NCBI GenBank assembly: GCA_963664875.1
Contig: OY761611.1
Coordinates: forward strand, 3,744,001 to 3,808,000
DNA: 64,000 nucleotides
Reading direction: 5' to 3'
Source: Candidatus Kapaibacterium sp.
Lineage (GTDB): Bacteria > Bacteroidota > Ignavibacteria > Kapaibacteriales > UBA2268
Part shown: positions 38,266 through 49,250 of the stretch, piece by piece
Layout of the letters: each line of letters begins with the position of its first letter
How positions within the stretch are numbered: the first letter of the stretch is position 1
Notes under the pieces: model-generated
Database searches by the model: none
The model's input: the letters and a program-made list of their open reading frames with translations, nothing else
What the model was told of the DNA's origin: nothing
Position numbers and translations under genes: made by a program

Positions 38266-39833
38266 TATATTTTTTCCTTAGAGTAGTCAAACAAATGTCC
38301 GTTTTTGTCCCAAGCTTTTTTTACCATGAATACAAGTACTGCAAATACGCCAACCATAAAGGCTCTTGCCAGCCATCTGTATGGGACTGCCTCTTCTGCT
38401 ACTCCTTCCATAAATAAAGTAGGCACAGCTTCTTGGATAGTCCAAAATATTAGGATAAAGAACAGATAGACAGGTGTTACATATTTTATGATATGGTAGA
38501 AAAAACGAGGAATTTTAATATCAGAACCATGATTAAGCTCAGCCCATGCATTATCCATTCCGAACATCCAAGCAAATACAATTACTTCGAGAAGCGCGAC
38601 TATGACAAGTGCAAAAGTGCCTGCCCAGTAATCTAATTCATCAAGGAATCCAAATTTTAAGAAAAATACAACTAAATGGACTGAGAAGAAAATTAGCGAA
38701 CCTATCCAGATAGTAGCTTTTTTGTGAGAGAAATTGAACTGTTCCTTTAAGAATGAAATCAGTGGTTGAGCCATTGCTACCGAAGATGTAATTCCGGCAA
38801 AGAATAAAAGGAAAAACCACATAAAACCGATAATTTTTCCCATAGGGATTTGTTTAAATATGATAGGCATAGAGACAAAACCAAGATCGTAAGAACCTGC
38901 CTGTGCAATTACTTTGGTCATATCAACACCAAAAAAGGCTACTGCAATCGGTATTGCAATTGAAGCACCGATAACTATTTCGACAAACTCGTTTAGTGCA
39001 GCTGTAGATAAACCGGAAAGAGCTATGTCATTATCTCTTCTCAGATAGCTTGCATACGCGTGTAAAGTGCCCATGCCTACGCTAAGAGTAAAGAATACCT
39101 GACCTGCTGCTTCCAGCCATATTTTAGAATTGCCCAATTCTGTGAAGTTTGGATTCCAGATAAAAGCGAAACCTGACCAGACGGAATTTTCAGGATGTGC
39201 AGGGTCTGGCGTGCCTATAGTAAATACCCAAATAGCAAGGAAAAGTCCGAAGAAGAGCAATAAAGGCATTGCAATTTTTGCAAATTTTTCGATACCTTTT
39301 GTGATTCCTTTACCAAGGACATAGAAATTAAGAGCCATTGTAATAAGCAAAAAGATATAGGCAGGCAAAATATCAGAAAAATAGCCTTCGGAAACTCCCT
39401 GGTAGCTGGTAAGAAAGCCTTTCATGTGGCTCATATCGTTTATACCGAAATATTCACCCGTAAGTGAGAAAAAGGAAAATCCGAGAGTCCACGATTCAAT
39501 ATAAGTATAGTAAATGACTATAATCGTGGATACAAATAACCCGAAGACACCTAAATACTTCGAAATTGGGTGCTGCCACATAGAGTCAAACATACCGGGC
39601 AAGCTACCATGTCTGTATTTCCCGCCGTGTCTGCCGATAGACCATTCTATCCACATAAGAGGAATTGCCAGCAACACAAAGGCTACAAAATACGGAATCA
39701 TAAAAGCACCGCCACCATTTTGAGCAGCTTTGACAGGGAATCTTAAAAAATTGCCCAGTCCGACGGCATTTCCTGCCATCGCTAAAATTAATCCTATTCG
39801 CGAACCCCATTGTTCTCTGTTTTCCATACGCAA
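38265..39833 (-). CDS. Sodium-dependent transporter, NSS/SNF family
   Basis: REQWGSR...GNAVGLGNFLRFP..NGGGAF, QVFFTLS and FFAGITSS motifs. Confidence 0.93.
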   Translation of the reverse strand: MRMENREQWGSRIGLILAMAGNAVGLGNFLRFPVKAAQNGGGAFMIPYFVAFVLLAIPLMWIEWSIGRHGGKYRHGSLPGMFDSMWQHPISKYLGVFGLFVSTIIVIYYTYIESWTLGFSFFSLTGEYFGINDMSHMKGFLTSYQGVSEGYFSDILPAYIFLLITMALNFYVLGKGITKGIEKFAKIAMPLLLFFGLFLAIWVFTIGTPDPAHPENSVWSGFAFIWNPNFTELGNSKIWLEAAGQVFFTLSVGMGTLHAYASYLRRDNDIALSGLSTAALNEFVEIVIGASIAIPIAVAFFGVDMTKVIAQAGSYDLGFVSMPIIFKQIPMGKIIGFMWFFLLFFAGITSSVAMAQPLISFLKEQFNFSHKKATIWIGSLIFFSVHLVVFFLKFGFLDELDYWAGTFALVIVALLEVIVFAWMFGMDNAWAELNHGSDIKIPRFFYHIIKYVTPVYLFFILIFWTIQEAVPTLFMEGVAEEAVPYRWLARAFMVGVFAVLVFMVKKAWDKNGHLFDYSKEKI

Positions 39834-40345
39834 ACCCTATTTCTAATTATAGCAATTATTTAGAGAAATATTTCTCGATTAAATTCTGTAATCAAATGTT
39901 GGAATATTTAGTCCTTTTCATCAAAATACAAAATATTTTCCAATTATTATAATAGTCTTAAAGAGATTGCAAGTTGCGAAGCTTGTAAATTATTGAATAA
40001 TAATACTTTATGAATTTATGGGCGTGCAAATTTTGTGTATATTAACCTTTGCAAGATAGGGAATAAGCATATTGCTTGAGCTAAAGACAAAAAAGTATAG
40101 TCAAGACTTAACTATGATTATTACAATAAGAAAGTATAATTTATATATGAACGGCAAAATCAGTTTGCCAATGAGTAAAATATTTGCATAATTAAGATAA
40201 TATTTAAATTTCTGTTTTGAGAAATTACAATATTGAAATATTGGAATAAAGCAGCTCAAAGACGAATGAGTTAACTGTTTTATTGCAAATATGTGAAAAC
40301 TGTTTCTTCGGATAATTATTTTTTATCACTAATCCTTTTGGTGCT

Positions 40346-41044
40346 ATGGGAGTATTATCTTTCCTCAAATCCACCATTTTAAGCAAAGTGGTGATGGCGC
40401 TGACCGGTCTAATCCTTGTATTATTCATCGTAGGTCATACTATTGGCAACCTTCAGATTTTCTTAGGAGCTGAAGTGTTCAATACGTATGCTGCGTTTTT
40501 GCAGGGGTTGGGCGAATTGCTTTGGGCAATTCGAGGTGGCTTGCTTATAGCATTGATTCTGCATGTTTACACTTCAATTAGATTGAAGCTGTTAAACAGC
40601 GGAGCAAAACCTCAAGCCTATCAGGTAAAACGTTACATCAAATCTTCTTTCGGAGGTCGTACTATGATCTGGACCGGTTTGATGATTTTTGCCTTTTTGG
40701 TTTACCACATTCTACACTTCACAGTTGGTTCTGTGCAACCTGAGCATTTCCATTATGTAGAAAACTTCGGCCCGAACGGTATGTTCGAGCGTCATGATGT
40801 TTTCAAAATGGTAATTCTTGGTTTCCGTGATCCATTGGTATCAGGATTTTATGTCCTTGGTGTAGTGCTTTTAGGTTTCCACCTTTCTCACGCAGTACAG
40901 TCTATGTTCCAAACATTAGGCTTTAACAATCCGAAATATTTCGGAACTATCGAAAAAGCTAGCGGCATTTTTGGTGTTGCGATTGCTTTGGCTTTGATTT
41001 CAATTCCGGTTAGTATTTTTTTAGGCTTCGGAGGTAACTTATGA
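40346..41044 (+). CDS. sdhC: Succinate dehydrogenase/fumarate reductase cytochrome b subunit
   Basis: [20 protein letters not shown] and [14 protein letters not shown] motifs. Confidence 0.93.
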   Translation: MGVLSFLKSTILSKVVMALTGLILVLFIVGHTIGNLQIFLGAEVFNTYAAFLQGLGELLWAIRGGLLIALILHVYTSIRLKLLNSGAKPQAYQVKRYIKSSFGGRTMIWTGLMIFAFLVYHILHFTVGSVQPEHFHYVENFGPNGMFERHDVFKMVILGFRDPLVSGFYVLGVVLLGFHLSHAVQSMFQTLGFNNPKYFGTIEKASGIFGVAIALALISIPVSIFLGFGGNL

Positions 41045-42954
41045 TTTTAGATAGCAAGATTCCATCCGGGCCAATTCAGGATAAATGGGATAAGCACCGT
41101 TTTGAAATGAAACTGGTTAACCCGGCTAATAAGCGTAAATACAAAATCCTGGTTGTTGGTACAGGTTTGGCTGGTGCATCTGCTGCTGCCACTATGAGCG
41201 AACTTGGCTACAAAGTGGAAGCTTTTACTTTCCACGACAGCCCTCGTCGTGCTCACAGTATCGCAGCTCAGGGTGGTGTAAACGCAGCTAAAAATTATCC
41301 TAATGATGGCGACAGCATCTGGAGACTTTTCTATGATACAGTCAAAGGCGGCGACTTCCGCTCTCGTGAAGCTAACGTTTATAGATTAGCTCAGGTTGCA
41401 AATAATATTATTGACCAATGTGTTGCTCAGGGTGTGCCTTTTGCTCGTGAGTATGGCGGACTTCTTGCTAACCGTTCGTTCGGTGGTGCTCAGGTTTCCC
41501 GTACTTTTTATGCTCGCGGCCAAACCGGACAGCAGCTACTTCTTGGTGCTTACTCTGCCTTATCTAAAGAAATTGGTAAAGGTGGCGTAATCATGCACAA
41601 CCGCAAAGAAATGATGGATGTTGTTATCATTGACGGTAAAGCTCGCGGTATTGTTACTCGTGACCTGATCACCGGCAAAATCGAATCTCACTGGGGCGAT
41701 GCTGTGTGCCTTGCTACAGGTGGTTACGGTAACGTATTCTTCCTTTCTACTAATGCTCAGACGTGTAACGTAACTGCTGCATACAGAGCATACAAAAAAG
41801 GTGCAGGTTTTGCTAATCCTTGTTACACTCAGATTCACCCTACTTGTATTCCTGTTAGTGGCGATCACCAGTCTAAATTGACTTTGATGAGTGAATCATT
41901 GCGTAACGACGGACGCATTTGGGTTCCTAAGAAAAAAGGCGACAAACGTCCGCCTAACCAGATACCTGAAAACGAAAGAGATTATTATTTGGAAAGAAAA
42001 TACCCGAGCTTTGGTAACCTTTCTCCTCGTGATATTTCTTCTCGTTCTGCCAAAGAAGCATGCGACGATGGCCGTGGCGTAGCAGCTACAGGCTATGGTG
42101 TGTATCTTGACTTTGCTGATGCTATCAAACGCCTTGGCAAAGCTGCCATCGAAGAGCGCTATGGCAACCTATTTGAAATGTATGAAAGAATTACAGGCGA
42201 TGACCCTTATACTACGCCTATGATGATATATCCGGCTTCTCACTATACTATGGGTGGGCTCTGGGTTGACTACAACCTTATGAGTACTATTCCGGGCTTA
42301 CACGTATTGGGCGAAGCAAACTTCTCTGACCACGGTGCGAACCGCTTGGGTGCATCTGCACTTATGCAAGGTCTTGCAGACGGTTACTTTGTTATTCCAT
42401 ATACAATCGGTAACTATCTTGCTTCTAATACTTTTGATAAGATTGATACTTCTCACCCGGAATTCAAAAAGGCTGAAGAAGAAACTCATAACAAAATCAA
42501 TACTCTTCTTGGTATTAAAGGTAAGAAAACTCCGACTGCATTCCACAAAGAGCTTGGAAAAGTAATGTGGGAATATGTTGGTATGGCTCGTAACGAAGCC
42601 GGTTTGAAAAAAGCTATTGAGCTTATCCCTCAGATTAGAGAAGAATTCTGGAAAAATGTAAACGTTACTGGCGAATCTGCTGATTTGAATATCGCTCTCG
42701 AAAAAGCCTGCCGAGTAGCAGACTTCCTCGAATTTGCCGAAGTAATGGCTTGGGATGCTCTCGAAAGAGACGAATCATGTGGTGCGCACTTTAGAGAGGA
42801 ACACCAGTATCCTGATGGCGAAGCAAAAAGAAACGACGAAAAATTCACTCATGTTGGCGTTTGGGAATACCAAGGTGTTGGTAACAAGCCTGTGCGTCAT
42901 CAGGAAGATTTGAATTTCGAAAACGTTAAGCTTGCTGTCAGAAGTTATAAATAA
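41041..42954 (+). CDS. sdhA: Succinate dehydrogenase/fumarate reductase flavoprotein
   Basis: [31 protein letters not shown] and ESCGAHFR motifs. Confidence 0.97.
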   Translation: MILDSKIPSGPIQDKWDKHRFEMKLVNPANKRKYKILVVGTGLAGASAAATMSELGYKVEAFTFHDSPRRAHSIAAQGGVNAAKNYPNDGDSIWRLFYDTVKGGDFRSREANVYRLAQVANNIIDQCVAQGVPFAREYGGLLANRSFGGAQVSRTFYARGQTGQQLLLGAYSALSKEIGKGGVIMHNRKEMMDVVIIDGKARGIVTRDLITGKIESHWGDAVCLATGGYGNVFFLSTNAQTCNVTAAYRAYKKGAGFANPCYTQIHPTCIPVSGDHQSKLTLMSESLRNDGRIWVPKKKGDKRPPNQIPENERDYYLERKYPSFGNLSPRDISSRSAKEACDDGRGVAATGYGVYLDFADAIKRLGKAAIEERYGNLFEMYERITGDDPYTTPMMIYPASHYTMGGLWVDYNLMSTIPGLHVLGEANFSDHGANRLGASALMQGLADGYFVIPYTIGNYLASNTFDKIDTSHPEFKKAEEETHNKINTLLGIKGKKTPTAFHKELGKVMWEYVGMARNEAGLKKAIELIPQIREEFWKNVNVTGESADLNIALEKACRVADFLEFAEVMAWDALERDESCGAHFREEHQYPDGEAKRNDEKFTHVGVWEYQGVGNKPVRHQEDLNFENVKLAVRSYK

Positions 42955-43002
42955 TGCCCTTGGTGGCGAGCAAATTTATGTCTTTAGACAAAAGGAGCAA
43001 AA

Positions 43003-43755
43003 ATGAAAATAACATTGCATATATGGAGACAAAAAAACGCGTCAGCAAAGGGCTTTATAGAAACTCACAAATTAGATGAAGTTTCTGAAGATATGTCTTT
43101 TCTTGAAATGCTCGATGTGCTCAACGAAAAACTTATTATGGAAAATAAGGAACCGATAGCATTCGATCATGACTGTCGCGAAGGTATCTGCGGTGCATGT
43201 TCTTTGACTATAAACGGTATGCCTCACGGACCTGAAGCAGCAACAACTACTTGCCAGCTTCATATGCGTAAGTTCAAAGATGGTGATGAGATTTATGTCG
43301 AACCATTTAGAGCTAAGGCATTCCCTGTTATCAAAGACTTGGTTGTGGATAGAACTGCATTTGACAGAATACAGCAACGTGGCGGTTTCGTAGATGTTCG
43401 CACCGGACAGGCACAAGATGCAAACGCTATTCCAATTCCAAAATTCAATGCGGATTTGGCAATGGATGCTGCAGCCTGCATAGGTTGTGGTGCGTGCGTA
43501 GCAGCCTGCCCTAATGGTGCAGCTATGCTTTTTGTTGCTGCTAAAGTAAATCAATTCGCTCTTCTTCCGCAGGGACAACCTGAAAGGAAAAAACGCGTTT
43601 TGGCTATGGTTGATCAGATGGACAAAGAAGGCTTTGGAGCTTGCACTAACCACTATGAGTGCGAAGCAGCCTGCCCTAAAGCAATCTCTGCAAAATTCAT
43701 CTCTAAGATGAACAGAGAGTACCTCGGAGCTTCTTTATTCGACCATAAACACTAA
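43003..43755 (+). CDS. sdhB: Succinate dehydrogenase/fumarate reductase Fe-S subunit
   Basis: [20 protein letters not shown] and [12 protein letters not shown] clusters. Confidence 0.97.
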   Translation: MKITLHIWRQKNASAKGFIETHKLDEVSEDMSFLEMLDVLNEKLIMENKEPIAFDHDCREGICGACSLTINGMPHGPEAATTTCQLHMRKFKDGDEIYVEPFRAKAFPVIKDLVVDRTAFDRIQQRGGFVDVRTGQAQDANAIPIPKFNADLAMDAAACIGCGACVAACPNGAAMLFVAAKVNQFALLPQGQPERKKRVLAMVDQMDKEGFGACTNHYECEAACPKAISAKFISKMNREYLGASLFDHKH

Positions 43756-43780
43756 GATAAGCTAAATATTAGATATGCTA

Positions 43781-43810
43781 AAGGCTGCTCAGAAACGGGC
43801 AGTCTTTTTT
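43781..43810 (+). terminator. sdh operon terminator
   Basis: AGGCTGCTC-AGAAAC-GGGCAGTCT followed by a T-run. Confidence 0.8.
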
Positions 43811-44057
43811 ATTTGGGTAAGTTGAAACTTATTGCTGCAAAAGCATTTGCCTCGGTTAGTCAAGTTTTAGAAAATTATTCTATATCTGATTTGTAAAATT
43901 TATTAGTTTATAATTTAGTATAAGACTCAATAAAATTGTGTTATCAGTTTATTAGGCTTTGATATTATTAGCACTTTGATGCAAAGAGTTGTATATGAGG
44001 TTTTGAATTATAGAAAACGTCTTGTACTTGTTTTTTTTTGCAGCGGATGGAGGATTC

Positions 44058-44762
44058 ATGTCTCAAAATAAAAAGCACTTTTTTATTATAGCTCTATTTG
44101 TAATTTATTTTATTTCTACATCGTCTGGCTATGATGAAAACAATGACTACATTTATAAGGTCAAAAACAAAACACATACAGGCAATTTTGTAGAATTAGA
44201 CAGCATACTTCTATATTATAAATGCGATCAATTAAGCCCGGATATTGAAAGCTATAACAAATACATATTGAACTCTATTGTTGATCACAAAGCCAAATAT
44301 ATTGAAATCAGTAAAGATACTCTTTGTTATGGATTGCTCAGAGATAGCCTAAACGCTTCAACAGATTCATTAAAAATAAGTTTTATAAACGTATCAAAAT
44401 ATTTTCATAATATTTACAAGAAAAAACCTATTTATAATGATTTTAATAGATTTTTATATGTTAGAAACGACACAATTATGCGATATTATTTTAGACACGA
44501 TTCAAACATACTTTACTTTATGTTAGATAATAAAGATAATGATGAGAAACTGGATGTTTATTTTGACTACGATTCTAAAAGTCAAGAGTTATCAAATAAG
44601 ATACAAATAAACAATGCAACTAAAAAAAATGTCCAAGTTTTTTGGTATTTTTTTATTCGTGAGAAGGATTATAATGAGAAAATAGATACACTTGTTCTAG
44701 ATTTTAAGAGAAATGAACTCATTGATAACGGAGATACTTTGAGCATTTATAAATCAAGGTAG
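44058..44762 (+). CDS. Exported AT-rich hypothetical protein, candidate Rhs immunity protein
   Basis: GGAGG RBS before ATG 44058, signal peptide, located immediately before an Rhs-core fragment. Confidence 0.6.
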   Translation: MSQNKKHFFIIALFVIYFISTSSGYDENNDYIYKVKNKTHTGNFVELDSILLYYKCDQLSPDIESYNKYILNSIVDHKAKYIEISKDTLCYGLLRDSLNASTDSLKISFINVSKYFHNIYKKKPIYNDFNRFLYVRNDTIMRYYFRHDSNILYFMLDNKDNDEKLDVYFDYDSKSQELSNKIQINNATKKNVQVFWYFFIREKDYNEKIDTLVLDFKRNELIDNGDTLSIYKSR

Positions 44763-44780
44763 TTAATTATTCTTTTCTAA

Positions 44781-44886
44781 GTCACAAACAATACGAGCTT
44801 ACTGACCACCTTGGTACTTTACCTCGACTTTGCTCGGCATAAACTAGGCTCAGTAACCGGGACTAACTTTTTCTGATTATAGACAA
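44781..44886 (+). pseudogene. Rhs core fragment (HKQYELTDHLG / LTFSDYR) interrupted by a nested palindromic element
   Basis: Near-identical to 57982-58065. Insert at 44815-44860. Confidence 0.75.
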
Positions 44887-45077
44887 ATGTTACCGTGATA
44901 TAGCTATCACGATTGTACTTTAGTAAGTTGTAGTGAGTATAAGTTAGAGTATGTTGGGGTGTAACATTTTTGCTGACAAAAAATGTCAAGTTTTCAGCGG
45001 GGAAAGAAAATCTATAAAAATAGGTGACGATTCTATTGGTAAATCGAATATAAAACAAGAATCTACTGAGGTGCAAG

Positions 45078-45650
45078 ATGAAGAAAAATAAAAACAAATA
45101 TTTTATATTGCTTTGGGTTGTCGTGCTTATTTTGAGTGTTATAGGATTTATTAAATATGATAATAATATGTTTGATTATGGAGATGGTTTTATAACTCTA
45201 AATTCAAAGATGCCGTATGGAATAACTCTTAAGTTAATTGATGGGACAACCCCAAGTTTATTTTTGATTGATGAAGAAGGTTATGAGTTATTTGGGAAAG
45301 ACTTTAGTTATTATTCTACTCCATTCACATGTCTAGAGTTATTGGCCTATGCATATAATGAAAGCACAATTGTAATTAAATACATTGATAACATAAATCG
45401 AGATAGATATGTGGAATCTTTTGAATCGCAATATTTGAATAATAATGGAAATAGAGTGATCAGTTTCAAGGGAATAACTGAAAGTGCTTTTAACGATATT
45501 GTAAAAGATTGTAGGTTGATAGAATTAGATTATGCAAAATATGATTTATATAAGCGTTATAGATTATTATCATTTATAGGGTTTATAATGTCTATATTTT
45601 GTTGTTTACGATTATTGTTCGCAAAAAAAAATGGTTATAATAATTATTAA
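45078..45650 (+). CDS. Two-TM hypothetical protein, candidate immunity protein
   Basis: N- and C-terminal TM helices. The start overlaps an upstream toxin-tail-like frame (...ESTEVQDEEK*). Confidence 0.6.
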   Translation: MKKNKNKYFILLWVVVLILSVIGFIKYDNNMFDYGDGFITLNSKMPYGITLKLIDGTTPSLFLIDEEGYELFGKDFSYYSTPFTCLELLAYAYNESTIVIKYIDNINRDRYVESFESQYLNNNGNRVISFKGITESAFNDIVKDCRLIELDYAKYDLYKRYRLLSFIGFIMSIFCCLRLLFAKKNGYNNY

Positions 45651-45700
45651 ATATAGAAACCATCTGTTTTGCTAATATTGATAAGATGTGAGTTTGATAG

Positions 45701-45762
45701 ATTCGCAAATGAAGAAGACGCAAAGTCAGGATACAATGGACTAAGCTCGATATATTCGATAT
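45701..45762 (+). repeat. Rhs core handle (FANEEDAKSGYNG + CTAAGCTCGATATATTCGATAT)
   Basis: Near-identical to 46651-46712 and homologous to 56145-56167. Confidence 0.75.
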
Positions 45763-45907
45763 GAAAGCGAGTTGGATGAATTAGGCATAATTGTTCCATT
45801 TAAAAATGAATATGTAGAAAGAGAGAAGTATGAAACGGATACTTTTAAAGGTTGAAGAATTCAGAGATTTAAAACCTCAGAAGGAGCTGCAGGTGTTTTT
45901 ACAAAAG

Positions 45908-46429
45908 ATGACTAATACCTTGAGATTTTCAATTTTTTTGATTTTGGGGAATTTGTTTTTTCTAAATGGTTGTAATAACCGGATAGTCATAAATAGTACT
46001 TCAATAGCTGTGATTGAAAATGAACTAAAAAATAATGATATTATAAAAACAGATGGAATAACTAATCTGAAATTTTCACCTGTATGTGAAATTATAAGGA
46101 CAGGACCTCTCTTTGTATTTTTAATAGATAGCTGCTTTTATAAAGAATTAGCATCGCAGATAGATACGGAGATTAGATTGTTTCAAAAAAAATTTCGACT
46201 GAATGATACTGTTTATACTGTGGTACATGATAGCATAGATTGGGAGATTCCTGATGGAGAAATGGCAGTTCATGTTTACCCGCTTACTGAAACTATTTAT
46301 ATAGGTTATATAAGAAAACTTAATGAATATCTATCTTCTAGAGAATATATGTTTTACATAATTGTACATGGGGATTCTGCAATTTGTTCAAAGGTATATA
46401 GAATGTCAGGCACATATAATATTCAATAA
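45908..46429 (+). CDS. Lipoprotein, candidate immunity protein
   Basis: MTNTLRFSIFLILGNLFFLNGC lipobox. The ATG overlaps the stop of a decayed upstream frame (...TFKG*RIQRFKTSEGAAGVFTKDD*). Confidence 0.65.
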   Translation: MTNTLRFSIFLILGNLFFLNGCNNRIVINSTSIAVIENELKNNDIIKTDGITNLKFSPVCEIIRTGPLFVFLIDSCFYKELASQIDTEIRLFQKKFRLNDTVYTVVHDSIDWEIPDGEMAVHVYPLTETIYIGYIRKLNEYLSSREYMFYIIVHGDSAICSKVYRMSGTYNIQ

Positions 46430-46627
46430 TCAGAATCAATATAAGACCTGATTAGATATAAAGCAATCTGATATTTTGTAATAATAAAGTGAAGTATAGA
46501 CATGGTAATAGGAAAGGAATATAGCTATGTTATGCAATATTGTAGTATGTTGGTATGACTAAATAATTTCAAAGATCTGTAGAATGTATTTCATAATATG
46601 CTGCAGCAGTATGCTCAGGGAATGTCT

Positions 46628-46712
46628 TTTGGTATGCTAATACCGTATCGGTTCGCAAATGAAGAAGATGCTAAGTCAGGTTACAATGGACTAAGCTCGA
46701 TATATTCGATAT
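46628..46712 (+). pseudogene. Rhs core fragment (FGMLIPYRFANEEDAKSGYNG)
   Basis: Matches the Rhs core at 56121-56170 and the handle at 45701. Confidence 0.75.
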
Positions 46713-46713
46713 A

Positions 46714-47568
46714 AAATTGTAGAATAAGAGAGTTTAGCAGAGCAATCATATCGATTAGTCGGCTTTGCGTTGAAGTGCTCTGAATGATTATCTACAAAAT
46801 AGTCTGAAACGAAACTACTAAAACAATCATTCGTATTATTCAGTACAGAGACTTTATGGAGAGAGTATGTATTATAAGAAAATGCTAAATATTCTTGCTT
46901 TGCTATGTCCATTGGCTGTAATTTACCATGGTGCTTTGCATCAAAATAAACAAAACAAAGAAATTAAAAATCTTTGGAAGAATCTCTATATTGGTTTTTC
47001 TCTTAATGTAGCTGTGATAATTTCAATTTGGATATAGTAAATCAAATAATTCCTCTCTTTCTCTGTCCCGGGATGTATTTCGGGATAAGGTATCATTTGA
47101 TAAAAAAAGAGAAATACACTCCATTTAGAAAATATCTGCTGATAATAATGGCAGTATGCTATTTGATTACAGAAGTTGGCAGATCATTCTACCGTCCATA
47201 TATATACGCTCATAATATTTTTGACTATTATATCGCAGATACATTAGGTTCTTCTTTTGGAACTCTTACAGCTATGTTTATGGTAATACTAATGGTTGGA
47301 AAATCGAATATCAAAGATTTGTATGGGCTGACTGCTATTATATTCGGTCTTGTCGTCTATGAGTTTACTAGTATTGGCAAATCTAACTTTGACCCACATG
47401 ACGTCATTGCAACTTTCATTTTTGGAGCAATTGGTATTCTAACTTACATTTTACTATTGAGACGTTTTGAATCAGTTGAGGTCAATACTTCACAAAAAGA
47501 TGAAATTGTAGAATAGGGGAGTTTAGCAGAGCTGCTATATCAATAAGTCGGTCTTATGCTGAAGAGCT
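46714..47568 (+). repeat. 66-bp imperfect direct repeats (46714-46779 and 47503-47568)
   Basis: AAATTGTAGAATA.G.GAGTTTAGCAGAGC...AGTCGG...TGAAG.GCT; 52 of 66 positions identical by hand alignment. Confidence 0.7.
47028..47516 (+). CDS. Integral membrane hypothetical protein
   Basis: 4-5 TM segments with YRPYIY...IADT and YE...FDPHDVIAT motifs. Confidence 0.65.
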   Translation: MDIVNQIIPLFLCPGMYFGIRYHLIKKEKYTPFRKYLLIIMAVCYLITEVGRSFYRPYIYAHNIFDYYIADTLGSSFGTLTAMFMVILMVGKSNIKDLYGLTAIIFGLVVYEFTSIGKSNFDPHDVIATFIFGAIGILTYILLLRRFESVEVNTSQKDEIVE

Positions 47569-47688
47569 TTCCATTCTTTTGCGTTGGTAATGAATTAGCC
47601 GCAGTGTGTCGCAAAATATATAAAAAAACCGGTCTGCTGAACACAAACCGGTCTTTTCTATTTTAGTTTAGTATTATCTGATTAGAGA

Positions 47689-48975
47689 TTATACCCAACC
47701 GCGCATTTTGCATGCTTCAGCTACTCTTGAAACAGAGATCATGTAAGCAGCATCTCTCATGTAAACGTTTCTAGACTGAGCTAAGTCAGAAACTGCATGG
47801 TATGCGTCAGTCATTTTTTTGTCTAATTTTTCAAGAACTTCTTCTTTAGTCCAGAAGTAGTTCATGTTACATTGTACTTGTTCGAAGTAAGAGCAAGTAA
47901 CACCACCGGCATTAGCCAAGAAGTCAGGAATCATCCAGATACCTTTAGCTTTGATAACTTCATCAGCTTCAGGAGTAGTAGGACCGTTAGCGCCTTCAAG
48001 GATAAATTTAACAGTACCTTTGATTTTGTTAACAGTTTCAGCATTTACTTGGTTTTCTAATGCAGCAGGAACTAATACATCTACTTCTTGTTCGATCCAA
48101 GCGCCACCTTCAGTAACAGTGTAGCCAAGGTCTTTAGCTTTGTCAGTGTCGATTTCGCCGAATTTGTTAGTGATTTCTAACAATTTGTCAACATCGATAC
48201 CATTAGTGTTGATGAAAGAGTAAGCTTTTTGGTCGTGGTTGTTCCAGCTTGAAACGCAGATAGCTTTGCCGCCCAATTCTTGGTACAATCTGATAGCGTA
48301 TTGAGATACGTTACCGAAACCTTGGAAAGAAGCAGTAGTGTTTTTGATATCAACACCTTTTTCGATCAAAGCTTCTCTTAAAGTATAAACAGCACCGTAA
48401 CCTGTAGCTTCTGTACGACCCAAAGAGCCACCCATGCCAAGAGGTTTACCAGTGATGAAACCAGGTTGTTTCATGCCAGTGATTTTTTCGAATTCATCAA
48501 GCATCCAAAGCATGTGCTGACCGTTAGTCATCACGTCTGGTGCAGGAACGTCCTGAACAGGACCAACGTTTTTAGCAACCTGACGAACCCAACCGCGGCA
48601 GATAGCTTCTTGTTCTCTTAAAGATAAGTGGTGAGGATCGCAAATAACGCCACCTTTACCACCGCCAAGTGGAATGTCAACAACTGCAGTTTTCCAAGTC
48701 ATCCACATTGACAAAGCACGAACTGTGTCAACAGTTTCTTGCGGGTGGAAACGGATACCGCCTTTTGCAGGACCGCGTGCATCGCTGTGCTGGCTACGGA
48801 AGCCACGGAATACTTTGTAGCTACCATCGTCCATGCGAACTGGAATGTTGAAATGAAATTCTCTGTCAGGGTTACGAAGTAGATCGCGAGTTGCTTGATC
48901 TAAACCTAACTGTTCTGCTACAGCGTCAAATTGTTGCTGTGCCATTTGGAATGGATTGAAAGAACCTCCAGCCAT
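47689..48975 (-). CDS. gdhA: Glu/Leu/Phe/Val dehydrogenase (glutamate dehydrogenase)
   Basis: GPAKGGIRFHP, MTWK, GGGKGG, DVPAPD, GRTEATGYG, QGFGNV, EGANGP and NAGGVTCSYFE motifs. Confidence 0.93.
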   Translation of the reverse strand: MAGGSFNPFQMAQQQFDAVAEQLGLDQATRDLLRNPDREFHFNIPVRMDDGSYKVFRGFRSQHSDARGPAKGGIRFHPQETVDTVRALSMWMTWKTAVVDIPLGGGKGGVICDPHHLSLREQEAICRGWVRQVAKNVGPVQDVPAPDVMTNGQHMLWMLDEFEKITGMKQPGFITGKPLGMGGSLGRTEATGYGAVYTLREALIEKGVDIKNTTASFQGFGNVSQYAIRLYQELGGKAICVSSWNNHDQKAYSFINTNGIDVDKLLEITNKFGEIDTDKAKDLGYTVTEGGAWIEQEVDVLVPAALENQVNAETVNKIKGTVKFILEGANGPTTPEADEVIKAKGIWMIPDFLANAGGVTCSYFEQVQCNMNYFWTKEEVLEKLDKKMTDAYHAVSDLAQSRNVYMRDAAYMISVSRVAEACKMRGWV

Positions 48976-49250
48976 ATCTTCCTCAGTTAATATTAAGGAT
49001 ACAAAATTTTAGTTGTTATATTGTGTAAACAGAAGTTTGAGTAAATATTTTCTTCTGTTGAACGACTACAATTTACAAAAAGAAAAAGAAATACAAAGAA
49101 TATTTTGCTCTATTTTTGAGAATTGTAATCATTTGTTTTTTTTGTATTTTCTATGATTACAGGCAATCTACTATATATGATTTGTATTCATATTTCTTTT
49201 GTGTTTTTATTATATACCGATCTGTTTTTCATTTAGAATAAGGAATTGGA

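Noticed and set aside
43072-43653. 193-aa minus-strand ORF
   Set aside because: Antisense to sdhB with no recognisable motifs.
46714-47568. Integron attC sites
   Set aside because: No clear RYYYAAC/GTTRRRY pairing or long internal palindrome, and no integrase.
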